A stretch of 63,202 nt of DNA, the filler included, from Globobulimina sp. (lineage: Eukaryota), in NCBI GenBank assembly GCA_003354225.1. It is 56 parts of 56 records of this genome, joined end to end, with 100 filler letters (N's around TTAATTAATTAA, not from the genome) between each part and the next. Parts side by side here need not be neighbours in the genome. Positions count along the whole stretch, not along the records: positions 62,174 to 63,202 come from PIVH01025375.1; 55 more parts are not named here. One strand, given 5' to 3'. Within the stretch, counting starts at the first letter, position 1. Every line of letters starts with the position of its first letter. A model generated the notes under the pieces. The model saw only the letters and a list, made by a program, of their open reading frames with translations. It had not been told where the DNA came from and made no database searches. This document shows positions 62,175-63,202 of the stretch, piece by piece. The position numbers and the translations under genes are program-made.

Positions 62175-63149
62175 TGTGCGCATCCATGCAGTCCGAAAAA
62201 TTCCGTTGTTTTGATATCATTTGAAGAGCCTGCAACGGATTCATATAATAATCTGTCAAAAATTATTGATTATAAAAAAATGGAAGCTGCAATGGGTCGC
62301 CCAATGATTAATATAATAACTTTATCAAAATCCAATAAAATTAAATCATATGTAGCTGTTTTAGCGTTAGATCTACGGGGGCAACTTCATTTAAATGCAG
62401 TGCAAAATGATCAACATAAAACATCCATTCCACCATTTCGTCCGGATCCTGACTCTGATCCAATAAGAGCATTAAAATATGATTTTGATTGTGGTTATGT
62501 ACAAGCTCATTATCAAACTAACGCAAATGGAAAACTACAAATAATATCAACACAACAATTACCACGAATTAATCCAAATCAAGATTGGCATGAATTTTGT
62601 AAATGGAGAGGTGACACAGCCCCCAACGATAGGACCATATATATCCAACATGGTTTATTGGATAATAATTTTGATGCAATAATTTGTATAGAACATGATA
62701 ATCACATTGTTTGTATTTTGAGGGTGAAGGGTATTGTTTCCTCGTCACATGATTATGTCGCCAATGTATATGGTCGTGCTATTTTTTATCCATCAGTACC
62801 ATTGCAAGATGTTACCAATATAATTGTTCAAGGCAATAAAAGATTCATTGCCATTGATGTTGATCATCCATTACAAGCAAACAATGATTGTGATCCTTTA
62901 ATAAAAATACGTTGGACACCACGCAAAGGTGAAGCTAAAATTGGAGGTGATTTGGATTTTCTTTGTAAAGTTGGTGGTCATAATGGATCTCGTTGTAAAT
63001 TTTCTTCTTTTTTGTGTGATATTAATGGAGATGATATTCGCTCAACGGATAACAGTTATGAATCTATTCAATGTAATTGTAAATATCCCCAAGAGGAACA
63101 AGAAGTTCATGTTGGGTTTAGAAAGATTTCTCAATACCATGAATTATGA
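62175..63149 (+). CDS. Hypothetical protein with a possible RAG1/Transib-like transposase motif
   Basis: KIGGDLDFLCKVGGHNGSRCKFSSFLC resembles the GD-xxx-L-xxx-G-xx-G...CxxC block. Confidence 0.3.
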   Translation, partial: CAHPCSPKNSVVLISFEEPATDSYNNLSKIIDYKKMEAAMGRPMINIITLSKSNKIKSYVAVLALDLRGQLHLNAVQNDQHKTSIPPFRPDPDSDPIRALKYDFDCGYVQAHYQTNANGKLQIISTQQLPRINPNQDWHEFCKWRGDTAPNDRTIYIQHGLLDNNFDAIICIEHDNHIVCILRVKGIVSSSHDYVANVYGRAIFYPSVPLQDVTNIIVQGNKRFIAIDVDHPLQANNDCDPLIKIRWTPRKGEAKIGGDLDFLCKVGGHNGSRCKFSSFLCDINGDDIRSTDNSYESIQCNCKYPQEEQEVHVGFRKISQYHEL

Positions 63150-63202
63150 TTTTGAAACAGAAAGTACGAAGTCAGAATATTTATCTCGAATAAATAAATA
63201 AA

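Noticed and set aside
62939-62965. GGDLD as a second RdRP catalytic motif
   Set aside because: Lacks DxDGD and the flanking RdRP motifs
1-63202. Alternative genetic code in the dominant eukaryote
   Set aside because: Long conserved genes translate cleanly with the standard code; in-frame stops are isolated

Overview
The window is not one locus. It is 56 unlinked short contigs sorted by length (1031, then 1030, then 1029 bp), joined by 100-nt N spacers that carry TTAATTAATTAA, so gene neighbourhoods mean nothing across spacers. Most contigs are AT-rich protist DNA with short GT-AG introns, consistent with a foraminiferan/rhizarian (inference): actin, TOP1, FAN1, RNAi RdRP, P2X receptor, Snf7, OS-9, HSPA12, patatin, ENT and others. 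Some contigs look like invertebrate animal DNA (serpentine receptor, LINE, Polinton-type polymerase), and three look prokaryotic or phage. The best find is in contig 5656-6686. A Tyr/Phe-rich leader peptide (MMARFSGRHFIFSRYYYYYFSMGLPGLR) lies upstream of an ADH synthase (aroA') gene of the archaeal-type shikimate entry route. It is followed by a complete 1:2/2:3/3:4 attenuator and a second terminator that the freed arm of the first can disarm, i.e. a two-terminator relay attenuator. The second-best find is in contig 6787-7817: two tandem paralogous HTH initiator-like genes followed by 22-bp-periodic iterons and an AT-rich tract. All family calls come from motif recognition by eye; no searches were run.
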